Origin: Oscillatoriales bacterium
Lineage (GTDB): Bacteria; Cyanobacteriota; Cyanobacteriia; Cyanobacteriales; Microcoleaceae
DNA length: 64,000 nt
Reading direction: 5' to 3'
Assembly: GCA_043718495.1 (NCBI GenBank)
Contig: JAYSVM010000183.1
Span: forward strand, 1,356 to 65,355
The stretch's first letter is position 1. Each line of letters starts with the position of its first letter. The notes under the pieces are model-generated. The model worked only from the letters and a program-made list of their open reading frames with translations, made no database searches and was not told where the DNA came from. A program made the position numbers and the translations under genes. Shown here piece by piece: positions 46,462 through 56,067 of the stretch.

Positions 46462-46734
46462 ATGGAAACAATGAAACTGCGATCGCATATTGGATGTGAT
46501 GGCATATTGCTTCTCCAAATGCCCGCTGAGTTTAAAGATACTGCTGTGGAAGTGGTAGTAGTTGTACAGCCTCTACCATCTGAAGAAGTTAAACCGAAGT
46601 ATAACGCTTGGGGAAAACTGACTACTAAAAAATCAATTCAAGCAGCAATTGCTAGAATGCTACAACTGCGGCAAGAAATTGCCTTGGATAAAAGCTCAAT
46701 CCGTTCCATGATTGAAGAAGGGCGCAGGTTTTAA
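46462..46734 (+). CDS. Putative antitoxin of the downstream PIN toxin
   Basis: 90-aa ORF whose stop overlaps the PIN gene start (ATG at 46734). No clear fold motif. Confidence 0.55.
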   Translation: METMKLRSHIGCDGILLLQMPAEFKDTAVEVVVVVQPLPSEEVKPKYNAWGKLTTKKSIQAAIARMLQLRQEIALDKSSIRSMIEEGRRF

Positions 46735-47174
46735 TGCAGTTTATATTGGATTGTTCTGTAGCCATTAGTTGGTGCTTAGTCGATGAAGATAATGATTATG
46801 CCAATGCTATACTCGCGATGATGCCAGATTGCGAAGCATTTGTACCAGGCATTTGGTCGCTAGAAGTTGCTAATACTCTGCTGGTTGCCGAGCGACGCAA
46901 CCGCATGAAGACTAAGCAATCTGAGATGGCTATTGCTTTGTTACAATCGCTGTTGATTCAGGTTGATGAAGCTACGGATAGCAACGCACTCTCGTCAACT
47001 ATAGTATTAGGAAGACAAGAAGGTTTAGCTGCTTATGATGCAGCTTATTTGGAGTTAGCACTACGATTGGAATTGCCGATCGCCACACTTGATAATCGCT
47101 TGGCGGAAGCGGCAACTCGCTGTGGTGTGGAATTGGTAGTTGTTGGTGGAGAAATGCCAGAGACGGGGCGATGA
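46734..47174 (+). CDS. PIN-domain toxin (VapC family)
   Basis: FILDCSVAISW, WSLEVANTLLVAERR, AAYDAAYLELALRLELPIATLD. Confidence 0.8.
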   Translation: MQFILDCSVAISWCLVDEDNDYANAILAMMPDCEAFVPGIWSLEVANTLLVAERRNRMKTKQSEMAIALLQSLLIQVDEATDSNALSSTIVLGRQEGLAAYDAAYLELALRLELPIATLDNRLAEAATRCGVELVVVGGEMPETGR

Positions 47175-47390
47175 TTATTATGCGATCGGTCATCAGAAAC
47201 AACAAAGGGCGATCAGTCTTGATGCGTGATGGGCGATCGATCGCCCTACAGAATAGCTACACTTCACCCTCTCCGTGCAATCAGCGCCCTTTGAGATGGT
47301 GGAAATGGATCGGATTGTCGGTGGGACAAGAGGTTGGGTTTCCTGGTGTCAGCCCAACCTACCAGCGATCGCACTGAATCTAAAAATGTA

Positions 47391-47735
47391 TCATAGAAAC
47401 CATCCTCCCTCAGATGTTTTTCCACCTGGTTTAATATCGACTCGGTATAAAGTTCCCTTGTACGTGAATGTTTCTCTCGCTTCTGTTATGTCATAATTTC
47501 CGTTCGGTGTATAGTTCAGTCCAGCTTTTGATTCCAACCACTCGATAACTTTGTCAATTGTCGTATCAAAATCGTCATGCGCTTTATTCGGTAAAATACC
47601 TTTTCCAATTTGCCTGAGTCTTTCAACTACCTCGATCGCCTCCTTTGCGGTAGGAGGGCTATCATACTTTCCATTAGCACTGTCTACTGTGCCATTGTCC
47701 GTTTGTAGAGCGCAATTGAAACGATAATCTCCCAT
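47391..47735 (-). CDS. Hypothetical 114-aa protein
   Basis: ORF only. Confidence 0.4.
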   Translation of the reverse strand: MGDYRFNCALQTDNGTVDSANGKYDSPPTAKEAIEVVERLRQIGKGILPNKAHDDFDTTIDKVIEWLESKAGLNYTPNGNYDITEARETFTYKGTLYRVDIKPGGKTSEGGWFL

Positions 47736-48028
47736 GATTTTAATCTCCGTAATTATAGATTTGATAAGCAGGCTGTAATTAAACCGCTCTTGCCGTCTAG
47801 TACACTGTTACAGGCTAGAAAACAGCAACTATTCAATCCCTCAAGTGATACTTTATACTTCTCCCATAATCCCTGATCCAAAGATTTTGACTATTCAGAA
47901 AGTAGTGTTAGGCAGATCGGCTCGGCATTATGGGGGATACTTTCAGAAAAATCAGGATAAAGCGCAACTGCCAACTGATGGCTTTGCACACCCACCTGAA
48001 CCATAGTACGATCGATCCATCTTTAATT

Positions 48029-48232
48029 TTAGTCCTTATTAAGATGTTTATTAATGCCTGACAGGTGTTGAGCAATGTTAGAAAGCTGATAAGCCGCTAC
48101 AACAAGTGCCTGACCGATCGCAGTTAAGGCGGCTGATTGCGCTGGTCCAGGACTGCTTTGCTTCACCTTTTCTTCTGCTTGGCGGAGCAGATTTTTGGCG
48201 GACTCTAATAATTTGATGCTTTCTTCTGACAT
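48029..48232 (-). CDS. Hypothetical helical 67-aa protein
   Basis: ORF only. Amphipathic helical composition. Confidence 0.3.
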   Translation of the reverse strand: MSEESIKLLESAKNLLRQAEEKVKQSSPGPAQSAALTAIGQALVVAAYQLSNIAQHLSGINKHLNKD

Positions 48233-48361
48233 GAGTTCACTTTTCCCATCTGAGAGATTTTATTTGTTCAAAACGGTTTCTTAGAGACTATTGCATCACC
48301 CGAACTGACAATAGTCGCGATCGCACTTAACCGAGAAGGAAGGGCGATCGCATTTCAATCA

Positions 48362-48640
48362 CTACAGTGATTCAGCTACCGATATAGCAAGACTGACAAG
48401 ACTTGGGTAAGCAGCTTGAATTTCTCTTTTTCCCCATCTATAACCATCATTGTGAGGATCAGAGAAGTGAACATTTTCAACATCTCCACTTCTTGAATAA
48501 TTCACAGTCCAGTGTGGATAGAAGCCGTCCTGTCCGACTCTTCTTAAAATGTAGACACGATTATCATCACGGACTTGGTATTCGAGAGGATGACCCTCAT
48601 CATCAGAAAAACCTGCTGATTGCCAACTAGAATATGCCAT
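48362..48640 (-). CDS. Hypothetical 92-aa protein
   Basis: ORF only. Confidence 0.4.
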   Translation of the reverse strand: MAYSSWQSAGFSDDEGHPLEYQVRDDNRVYILRRVGQDGFYPHWTVNYSRSGDVENVHFSDPHNDGYRWGKREIQAAYPSLVSLAISVAESL

Positions 48641-48750
48641 TTTTTTCTCTAAACTTTATTGTGATTTATACAAATTGATACGAGTTTAATACTGCTACCT
48701 GCTACTATCATCCTTATAAGTCTAAGATTTGTCTAGCCCCCAAATGCTCG

Positions 48751-48832
48751 ATTTTGTTGGCAATTTTGTTGGCTACTTCAACTCGGCCTACGTAAAAAAT
48801 GTTGGCAAATGCCAGAAAATGTTGGCAAATGT
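48751..48832. promoter_or_regulatory. Direct repeats carrying TGTTGGC upstream of the STAND gene (2 x ATTTTGTTGGC(A/T) and 2 x AAAATGTTGGCAAATG)
   Basis: 12-mers at 48751 and 48763. Perfect 16-mers at 48797-48812 and 48817-48832. TATAAT at 48837-48842. ATG at 48872. Confidence 0.4.
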
Positions 48833-48871
48833 TAGGTATAATACCGAAAATCCCAACATCCACGATACTGC

Positions 48872-50230
48872 ATGAATCTCAAGGAAGTGTTACAAATGGC
48901 CGACGAGATGGTTTTTGCCAAAACTGGTCAGCACCTCGATAACTTACAAGAGGCTATTCTGCGAGGAACCATGCAAGGTGAGAAATATACCAAAATTGCT
49001 GAGGAGATTCACTGTAACGAGAGTTATGTTAGGCAAGTTGGTTCCCAATTATGGCAGATACTTTCAGAGGAGTTAGGAGAAGATGTTAATAAAACAAATT
49101 TTAGATCGGCAATGAATAGGTTCCAAGTCTATAATGTTTCAAACTTTGCACACAACGTGAGCAGTTTTAACATCTGTGGAGAAGGTAGACAGCCGCCAGA
49201 TATATCAAACTCACATAATGACGAAAAATCTAACTCAAAACAACCTAAAACCTCACATCAAGATTTAAGCGAAATGCCGGAGTTGGGTAATTTCTTCGAT
49301 CGCACCCTCGAACTCCAAACCCTCACAACCTGGATTCTACAACAAAACTGCCGCCTCATCACCCTCACCGGTATCAGCGGAATCGGCAAAACATCCCTAG
49401 CAGTACAACTCGTACAACAAATCAAACACGAGTTTGAATACGCAGTTTGGTACACCCTAGACGAATTCCCCACCATCGATAAATTTCAACCTAACCTAAT
49501 ACAGCTTTTTTCCAAGTCAGAAAACCCAGATTCATCCCCAACAAACCAGAAACGCTTACCGCTGATTAAATATTTACAAAACCATCGCTGTTTAGTAGTC
49601 TTGGATGACGTTCACAACCTTTTCTGTAGCGGCGAATTCGCAGGAAAATATAAACCAAATTACGAAGAATATCGCTCTTTATTCAAACAAATAGAAAAAT
49701 TATCCCATCAAAGTTGCTTTCTGCTAGTCGGTTGGGAACCGCCGAAAGAAGTGCCTCAACTCACAAGCGAAAATACTCCCATTCGCAGCTTACAACTCAC
49801 TGGTTTAGACACCGCAGCAGCCGGAGAAATTCTCAGAGATAAAGGATTAGCAGAAATCGATAACTGCGAAACACTGATTCACCGCTACCAAGGCAATCCC
49901 TTCTGGTTAAAAAGCGTGGCGACTTTGATTCAAGAGTTGGGAATCGGTGCGACTGAGGTATTAATAGATGATACCATATTGTTACCCGAAGATTTGAAGG
50001 ATGTTTTACACGAGCAGTTCGATCGCACTTCCGAACTAGAAAAACAAGTCCTGTCCTTGTTGGCGACAGAAAACCAGCCAGTCAACTTCGCCAAATTGCT
50101 ACAACATGGACAAATATCATCATCAGATTTGCTAAACGCCTTGCAATCTCTATCGCGGCGCTGCTGGATTGAGAAAGAAGCAAGTCTTTACACTTTGCCA
50201 CCTGTACTGAAGCAGTATATCAAAGAGTAA
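48872..50230 (+). CDS. HTH-like N-terminal domain plus NB-ARC/STAND P-loop NTPase, no C-terminal repeat sensor
   Basis: The N-terminus (LDNLQEAILRGTMQGEKYTKIAEEIHCNESYVRQVGSQLWQILSEELGEDVNKTNF) is the HTH-like module seen at the start of many cyanobacterial STAND/WD40 proteins. Walker A LTGISGIGKTSLA, Walker B CLVVLDDVHN. The protein ends after the winged-helix region (452 aa). Confidence 0.75.
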   Translation: MNLKEVLQMADEMVFAKTGQHLDNLQEAILRGTMQGEKYTKIAEEIHCNESYVRQVGSQLWQILSEELGEDVNKTNFRSAMNRFQVYNVSNFAHNVSSFNICGEGRQPPDISNSHNDEKSNSKQPKTSHQDLSEMPELGNFFDRTLELQTLTTWILQQNCRLITLTGISGIGKTSLAVQLVQQIKHEFEYAVWYTLDEFPTIDKFQPNLIQLFSKSENPDSSPTNQKRLPLIKYLQNHRCLVVLDDVHNLFCSGEFAGKYKPNYEEYRSLFKQIEKLSHQSCFLLVGWEPPKEVPQLTSENTPIRSLQLTGLDTAAAGEILRDKGLAEIDNCETLIHRYQGNPFWLKSVATLIQELGIGATEVLIDDTILLPEDLKDVLHEQFDRTSELEKQVLSLLATENQPVNFAKLLQHGQISSSDLLNALQSLSRRCWIEKEASLYTLPPVLKQYIKE

Positions 50231-50235
50231 CTAAG

Positions 50236-50297
50236 GAGGGCGGGTTTATTTAACCTGTTTGCCACCCGAAAGGCTTTTGGTGAACCCGCCCCTACAG
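50236..50297. repeat. MITE-like GGGCGGGTTTAT...GGTGAACCCGCCCCTACAG element
   Basis: Same family as 17310-17378, in the opposite orientation. It lies between the STAND and M15 genes. Confidence 0.75.
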
Positions 50298-50472
50298 CCA
50301 ATTGAGAATGGTGTAATATGTCTGTTTAAACTGCTTGTTTGACCTCAAACTCTTAGCCGAAATGCCCGTTAATAAAATTTACGCAAGTTTACAAAAACTT
50401 GTGACTTTTGGTCACCAACAGGTGATACAATTTTGTTCTTCAGGGTTAAGTCAAACTATCTAAAAAACTTCA

Positions 50473-51339
50473 ATGCCAAAACTTAAAGATACCATTCTGA
50501 TTAATGCTTGCAATACGGGTTTAGTCCGAGGTTTAAATTTACAAATTATCGCTGTACTCAACTCACTTGTTCCCAATATTCTGGTAGATTTTACCGACAT
50601 AGAAGGTGTAGTTGCAGTCGGTGACAAAAATAATCCATTCTTACAGGCGGCTGCCAAAAACTCCCTAAAAATTGCCGTTGCAGAACGTCGCAAATCCGAA
50701 GGAAACTCAGTAGAACTAATCGTTAATTCTGCCTATCGTACTGTGGCGCAACAATACCTGCTAAATCTTCAGTTTAGACAAGTTGGGGATAGCTGTGGAA
50801 TTCAAGCGGTTGCGCCTCCGGGATTTAGCAACCATGAAGGCGGACTTGCACTAGATATTCAGGATTATGATGGCTGGGAACCTTATCTGGAAAAAAACAG
50901 CTATGTGTGGTTTGGTTTAAGAGATAAACCTCATTATGATTACCGCTTTTTTGCAGCTACGCGAGATGATATCGGAACTTTGGGTATTCGTGCTTTTCAA
51001 ATTCTGTGGAATAAATACAATCTTACGGACTTGATTAAGGTAGATGGAAATTTTGGCCCTCAAACCGAAGCGCGATTGAGAGATTCAATGGCTGAAGGTT
51101 TTGGTAATCCATTCCCTAGGGTACTAAGATTACAAAAACCACCGATGACAGGGGATGATGTTAGAAAGATTCAGGAGTCTCTAGTTAGTAATAGACTGAC
51201 TAAGATTGAAATTCCGATTAATGGCATATTTGATGTGGCAACTGAAGCTGCGGTTAAGCAATTTCAAGAAGCAACTAAGCGTTTGGCTGTTGATAGTGCT
51301 GTGGGTTCGCTAACCCTGAAAGCATTAGGCCTTGTTTGA
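50473..51339 (+). CDS. M15 (VanY-like) zinc D-Ala-D-Ala peptidase with two peptidoglycan-binding-like repeats, no signal peptide
   Basis: SAYRTVAQQYLL, GFSNHEGGLALDI (H..D zinc ligands) and DKPHYDY. The C-terminal VDGNFGPQTEARL and ING IFDVATEAAVKQFQ segments resemble PG_binding_1 repeats. Confidence 0.8.
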   Translation: MPKLKDTILINACNTGLVRGLNLQIIAVLNSLVPNILVDFTDIEGVVAVGDKNNPFLQAAAKNSLKIAVAERRKSEGNSVELIVNSAYRTVAQQYLLNLQFRQVGDSCGIQAVAPPGFSNHEGGLALDIQDYDGWEPYLEKNSYVWFGLRDKPHYDYRFFAATRDDIGTLGIRAFQILWNKYNLTDLIKVDGNFGPQTEARLRDSMAEGFGNPFPRVLRLQKPPMTGDDVRKIQESLVSNRLTKIEIPINGIFDVATEAAVKQFQEATKRLAVDSAVGSLTLKALGLV

Positions 51340-51392
51340 AAAGTTGTAGCTTTTGTGCCAAAAACTGGTATAATTTTAGGACGTAAAACTAC

Positions 51393-51459
51393 TGTAAGGT
51401 GCGTCGCTCATCAATGGTCGATTTTTGTTTGTGATGGTTGGTGGCGACGCACCCTACAA
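51393..51459. repeat. Hairpin element GTAAGGTGCGTCGC ... GGCGACGCACCCTAC
   Basis: Family copies at 55991-56060, with a half copy at 18047-18061. It abuts the stop of the methyltransferase gene. Confidence 0.75.
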
Positions 51460-52314
51460 CTATTTATTTGCTTGCCAAAGTTGGATTTCATAACACAAAT
51501 GCTGCTCAAAAAGTTGGCTGGCTTCCAATCCTTCAACCACCAACTTTTTGAACCAGCGACGAAATATCCAGCGTAGGAGTTTGTGTATGGGCGGAACTGC
51601 GATCGCAATTAAGTCTGCAACATAAATCATTGTGTTGAGTCCATATCTGCGGAAAGTATCGACATATAAATCGATTGTTGGCAAAATATGATCGGAAATA
51701 TCCTCTGTTTTTACTAAAGTGAATCCAGCTTGTTTTAAGGCTGCATGAAGTTCAGTAACAACATGACAATTGGAGAACATTCCCTCTTTATAGTTAGCAT
51801 CAGAACGCATCATATCGGCAAGCAACACGTAGCCACCGGGATTGAGGATTTTGGCGGCACCATTAGCAATATCAACAGCCGACATATATTGACTACTTTC
51901 GCTAAAGAGAATTAGATCGTAGGATTTGGTTGCTTGGAAGTTTTCAAAGGTTGTGAGGTGGAAGATGGTGCGATCGCCTGTACACTTGAGAAAGCGCTGT
52001 TGTTGGAACGGATCGGGTGCGAGTCCTTCGACTGCAAAACCGCGATCGAGCAAATAAGCTGCATTCCCACCAATCCCACAGCCCACATCCAGAATAGTCT
52101 GAGTGCCTTTGGGGATACCCTCTAACAGTTTTAAAGTATAAGCTTGCTGAGCGATTCGTAGTCGCGCTAGAGTTAATTCATCAGCGGGCACAGGTAAGGT
52201 TTCCCAATAGCCATAGTGAAGATAGGGAGATTCTGTCAAGCCGAGATAGTAATTAAGCGCTGCATTTTGGTAACGAGTTACGTTGGAGATTTCGATTGAT
52301 TTTGGCTGCGACAT
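51460..52314 (-). CDS. Class I SAM-dependent methyltransferase
   Basis: Motif I ILDVGCGIGGNAAYL, post I and motif II (DLILFSESSQYM), and NPGGYVLLAD. Confidence 0.85.
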   Translation of the reverse strand: MSQPKSIEISNVTRYQNAALNYYLGLTESPYLHYGYWETLPVPADELTLARLRIAQQAYTLKLLEGIPKGTQTILDVGCGIGGNAAYLLDRGFAVEGLAPDPFQQQRFLKCTGDRTIFHLTTFENFQATKSYDLILFSESSQYMSAVDIANGAAKILNPGGYVLLADMMRSDANYKEGMFSNCHVVTELHAALKQAGFTLVKTEDISDHILPTIDLYVDTFRRYGLNTMIYVADLIAIAVPPIHKLLRWIFRRWFKKLVVEGLEASQLFEQHLCYEIQLWQANK

Positions 52315-52333
52315 TGGATAAATTTAGTAAATT

Positions 52334-52774
52334 TTAGGATTTCGGGCAGAGTTGAAATTCTTCCCAGCGTTTGCATACCTGTTCATAGCACTCAACGGGC
52401 GAAATTGCCAAGTTTTGCAACAAATTGATATCAATCTGATTGTTGGCAAGCAGTATAAAAATAATTGCTTTTTCAGGTTCGTAGCTATCAATAACTCCCA
52501 GCAGATGGGAAACAGTGTTGTCCTCTAGTTCTAATTGTTGTAAATAAGTCGTTGCGTGCGATCGGGAAATAAACTGCAAATCATACTGTACATGATCCAC
52601 ACTCCAATTGATCGAACTATGAATTTGAGTATCTATTTGACAAACAACAATGCCTCTTCCTAAGTGCCAAAAGCCATTCCATGCAGTGTGTCCGATCGAC
52701 AGAATGTTCTGGTGAATAAACAAGTTCTGCCAGTAGCCAAAACTGCCCTGCCAAACACTATCTTTAATTCGCAT
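52334..52774 (-). CDS. Hypothetical 146-aa protein, probably co-transcribed with the methyltransferase
   Basis: ORF with a 19-nt gap to the downstream gene. No motif recognised. Confidence 0.5.
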   Translation of the reverse strand: MRIKDSVWQGSFGYWQNLFIHQNILSIGHTAWNGFWHLGRGIVVCQIDTQIHSSINWSVDHVQYDLQFISRSHATTYLQQLELEDNTVSHLLGVIDSYEPEKAIIFILLANNQIDINLLQNLAISPVECYEQVCKRWEEFQLCPKS

Positions 52775-53241
52775 TTCTTTTAGTTTCCCCTTACGCCGAC
52801 GAAAAGCGGTTTTAACTCAAAATTGCGTTTTTGTCGATCGTCCAAGGGAACCCAACAGCCTATTAATTGTAAACATACTGAACTAACCATCATCTATACC
52901 TCGCAGATGAAAACATGATTGTAAACAAATCGGCGGGCATCCTGACTCAGAGGTAGAATAATCTCATTACAGTTGCGGGACAGCGCCGGATTCGCACCGA
53001 ACTTTCCCCCTTACGTCTGATGTGTGTTTGCCATCAGAGCCGATCGATATAAGGGAATAGTAGCACTATTTGGGATCTTTGACAAAAAACTGATTAGACA
53101 TCTGCAATATTGTACGTTACTACACTATCACATCTTGCATTAGGGATTGCCGATCGCCAATATCTCCCCATTTTCATAATCTTTTCATTATTTCGCATTT
53201 TATGGTAAATTAAAAGAATGAAAAAATTATAAAAAACCACA

Positions 53242-54219
53242 ATGAATCATCAGGCGCTCTGCCGTAAAACGTATAAAATTGGTATATTCGGGCTATTACT
53301 AGGAGTTTGGCTCAGCGGGTGCAATGCTCAAACAACAGAGCCTCAAGCCAAGCAAAATGGCGAATCTAGCCAGATCGCCAATAATTCCACCCAGAAAGAC
53401 AAAAAAGTTGTTCTCACCACCTTTACCGTGCTGGCAGACATGGCTGGGAACGTTGCGGGAGACAAGGCGATCATCCAATCCATCACCAAGCCTGGGGCGG
53501 AAATTCACGGCTATGAAGTTACACCCAGTGACTTAAAACGTGGGAAAGATGCTAATTTGATTTTAGAAAACGGTCTCAACTTAGAGCGCTGGGCAACCCG
53601 ATTTTACAACAGTCTTCCCAAAGTTTCTCACACTACTTTAAGTGAAGGAATCAAGCCAATTAATATTGATGAAGATGCCTATAAAGGCAAACCCAATCCC
53701 CATGCTTGGATGTCCCCCAAAAATGCTTTAATTTACGTCGAAAACATTCGGTTAGCCCTAGGAAATCTCGACCCAGCTAACATTTCTAGCTATGATAAAA
53801 ATGCCACAAAATACAGTGAGCAAATTAGGGCGATCGATGCCAAACTCAAACAAGCTATTTCAGCTATTCCCCCTGATAAACGCTACATAGTAAGTTGCGA
53901 AGGTGCTTTTTCTTACATTGCCCGCGATTATGGCTTAAAAGAAGTTTATCTGTGGCCAGTCAACGCCGAACAGCAAGTTACACCGAAACAAGTTGAACGA
54001 GTAATTAATACAGTCAAAGCAAACCAGATTCCGGCTGTATTCTGTGAGAGTACAGTTAACAATGAGGCACAGCTTCAGGTGGCAAAGGAAACAGGCGCAA
54101 AATTTGCAGGTGTGTTTTATGTCGATTCCCTGTCCCCCTCCGATGGGCCGGCATCAACCTATCTTAAGCTACTTGAATATAATGTCAATACTCTGATAAA
54201 AGGGTTACAGGGTAAGTAA
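53242..54219 (+). CDS. Metal (Mn/Zn) ABC transporter substrate-binding lipoprotein, TroA/MntC/ZnuA family
   Basis: Lipobox LSGC. VLTTFTVLADMAGNVAGD, GAEIHGYEVTPSD and NPHAWMSP. No His-rich ZnuA loop, so a Mn-type protein is more likely. Confidence 0.8.
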   Translation: MNHQALCRKTYKIGIFGLLLGVWLSGCNAQTTEPQAKQNGESSQIANNSTQKDKKVVLTTFTVLADMAGNVAGDKAIIQSITKPGAEIHGYEVTPSDLKRGKDANLILENGLNLERWATRFYNSLPKVSHTTLSEGIKPINIDEDAYKGKPNPHAWMSPKNALIYVENIRLALGNLDPANISSYDKNATKYSEQIRAIDAKLKQAISAIPPDKRYIVSCEGAFSYIARDYGLKEVYLWPVNAEQQVTPKQVERVINTVKANQIPAVFCESTVNNEAQLQVAKETGAKFAGVFYVDSLSPSDGPASTYLKLLEYNVNTLIKGLQGK

Positions 54220-54307
54220 GGAAGAAGAAAGAATGCTCATATAGCAAGCTTTTTAGCCATCTGTATCTTACGTTTAATTAAGTAAACTTACTTAAGGGGG
54301 AAAAAAG

Positions 54308-55084
54308 ATGAAGGAAATCAGCATTGATATTGAGAATGTGACCGTTGCTTATCACGGCAAAGTAGCCTTACACAGCGCCTCATTGCAACTTAAGGCAGGG
54401 ACAATCTGTGGCTTGGTGGGGATGAATGGCGCGGGCAAATCAACATTGTTTAAGGCAATTATGGGGTTTGTCAAGCCAAACACTGGACGAGTTTTAATTA
54501 ATGGTTTACCGATCCGTCAAGTGCAAAAAAGCAATCTGGTTGCCTATGTACCTCAGTCGGAAGAGGTAGATTGGGATTTCCCGGTTAACGTGTATGATGT
54601 GGTGATGATGGGACGCTATGGCTACATGAATCTGTTGCGGATTCCCCGATTGATAGATAAACAAGCGGTGCGAGAAAGCTTGGAAAGGGTAGAAATGTGG
54701 GATATGCGCGATCGGCAAATCGGAGAGTTATCCGGTGGACAAAAGAAACGCACCTTTTTTGCGCGGGCATTGGCGCAACAGGCTAAAGTTTTGCTATTAG
54801 ATGAACCCTTTGCCGGAGTTGATATCAAAACCGAGAAAATGATGATTAACCTGTTAATGGAACTGCGTCAAACAGGACATACAATTCTCGTTTCAACCCA
54901 TGATTTAGAATCTATTACTACATTTTGCGATCAAGTAGTATTAATTAATCGCAGTATTCTCGCCTATGGTAATACTTCAGAAGTGTTTACAGAGGAAAAT
55001 CTTTCTCGCACCTTTGGCGGTTCTGTTGGCGATTTTTCTTCTGCAAAAGGTCGGTTAACTCAAGTCAATCAGGAGGAAAAATAA
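54308..55084 (+). CDS. Metal ABC transporter ATP-binding protein
   Basis: Walker [10 protein letters not shown], signature LSGGQKKR, Walker [12 protein letters not shown]. Confidence 0.9.
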   Translation: MKEISIDIENVTVAYHGKVALHSASLQLKAGTICGLVGMNGAGKSTLFKAIMGFVKPNTGRVLINGLPIRQVQKSNLVAYVPQSEEVDWDFPVNVYDVVMMGRYGYMNLLRIPRLIDKQAVRESLERVEMWDMRDRQIGELSGGQKKRTFFARALAQQAKVLLLDEPFAGVDIKTEKMMINLLMELRQTGHTILVSTHDLESITTFCDQVVLINRSILAYGNTSEVFTEENLSRTFGGSVGDFSSAKGRLTQVNQEEK

Positions 55085-55941
55085 TGGATTTTATTCAATG
55101 GTTGGTAGCACCATTTCAGCATGAATTCATGGTGAAGGCAATTTTAGTCAGCGCTTTAGTAGGGCTGGTTTGTTCGGCGCTTTCTTGCTACATGACTTTG
55201 AAAGGATGGGCTTTGATGGGTGATGCGGTTTCTCATGCGGTGATGCCGGGGGTTGTAATTGCCTATGTGTTGAATATTCCCTTGGCTGTGGGGGCTTTTG
55301 TGTTTGGGGTTGGTTCGGTAATTGCGATCGGGTTTATTAAAGCCAAAACTCGTGTTAAAGAGGATACAGTGATTGGTTTAGTGTTTACGGGATTTTTTGC
55401 CTTTGGTTTAGTGTTGATTTCTAAAGTCAAAAGCTCGATTGATTTAACGCATATTTTGTTTGGCAATGTCTTGGGAATTTCAGATGCAGACATTATTCAA
55501 ACGGTAATTATTAGTGTTGTCACCTTAGTGACGTTGGCAATTTTAAGGAAAGATTTAGTGCTATTTTGTTTTGACTCGACTCACGCGCGATCGATCGGCT
55601 TAAATATCACTTTTCTCTATTATGTGTTGCTATCTTTGCTATCTCTCACGGCAGTTGCGGGACTTCAGACGGTGGGGATTATTTTAGTGGTAGCAATGTT
55701 GGTGACTCCGGGGGCTACGGCGTATTTATTGAGTGATAATTTTGACCATATGACGTTAATTGCGATCGCCTCTGGTGTCTTTTCTAGCGTCATGGGAACT
55801 TATATCAGCTACCACATAGATGGTTCCACAGGCGGATGTATTGTAGTGCTGCAAACGCTGTTGTTTGTGTTGGCGATGATTTTTGCCCCGAAACACGGTT
55901 TGTTGGTTAGGGCGAGGAATTCACAAACTATTAGCGAATAA
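55084..55941 (+). CDS. Metal ABC transporter permease (MntB/ZnuB family)
   Basis: Polytopic 285-aa protein with the MGDAVSHAVMPGV motif. The start overlaps the ATPase stop. Confidence 0.85.
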   Translation: MDFIQWLVAPFQHEFMVKAILVSALVGLVCSALSCYMTLKGWALMGDAVSHAVMPGVVIAYVLNIPLAVGAFVFGVGSVIAIGFIKAKTRVKEDTVIGLVFTGFFAFGLVLISKVKSSIDLTHILFGNVLGISDADIIQTVIISVVTLVTLAILRKDLVLFCFDSTHARSIGLNITFLYYVLLSLLSLTAVAGLQTVGIILVVAMLVTPGATAYLLSDNFDHMTLIAIASGVFSSVMGTYISYHIDGSTGGCIVVLQTLLFVLAMIFAPKHGLLVRARNSQTISE

Positions 55942-55990
55942 TATCGTGTTTTGAGGAGATAGTATTGGTGAAGGGAGTCTCTTGTATGGT

Positions 55991-56060
55991 GCGTCGCTGC
56001 AAGATTTCACTGTTAGCTTTGCAGATTGTTAAAGGCGACGCACCCTACACTATCTACCGA
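55991..56060. repeat. Hairpin element GTATGGTGCGTCGC ... GGCGACGCACCCTAC
   Basis: Same family as 51393-51459. Confidence 0.75.
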
Positions 56061-56067
56061 GCGATCG

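Noticed and set aside
45189-47250. Boundary repeats of the TA islet considered as integron attC sites (a CALIN-type array)
   Set aside because: The repeats lack the imperfect-palindrome R''-L''/L'-R' organisation and the GTTRRRY core. No intI gene is present. They are centred on HIP1 sites instead.
52921-53040. GC-richer patch with a 7-bp stem (TCTGATG...CATCAGA) and a duplicated TTTCCCC(C)TTACG motif upstream of the metal transporter. Considered as a riboswitch or tRNA-like gene.
   Set aside because: I cannot fit a cloverleaf: there is no T-loop GTTCRANYC. I also cannot fit the conserved cores I remember for Mn (yybP-ykoY) or other riboswitches. A covariance-model scan (Rfam/Infernal) would be needed. 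Left uncalled.
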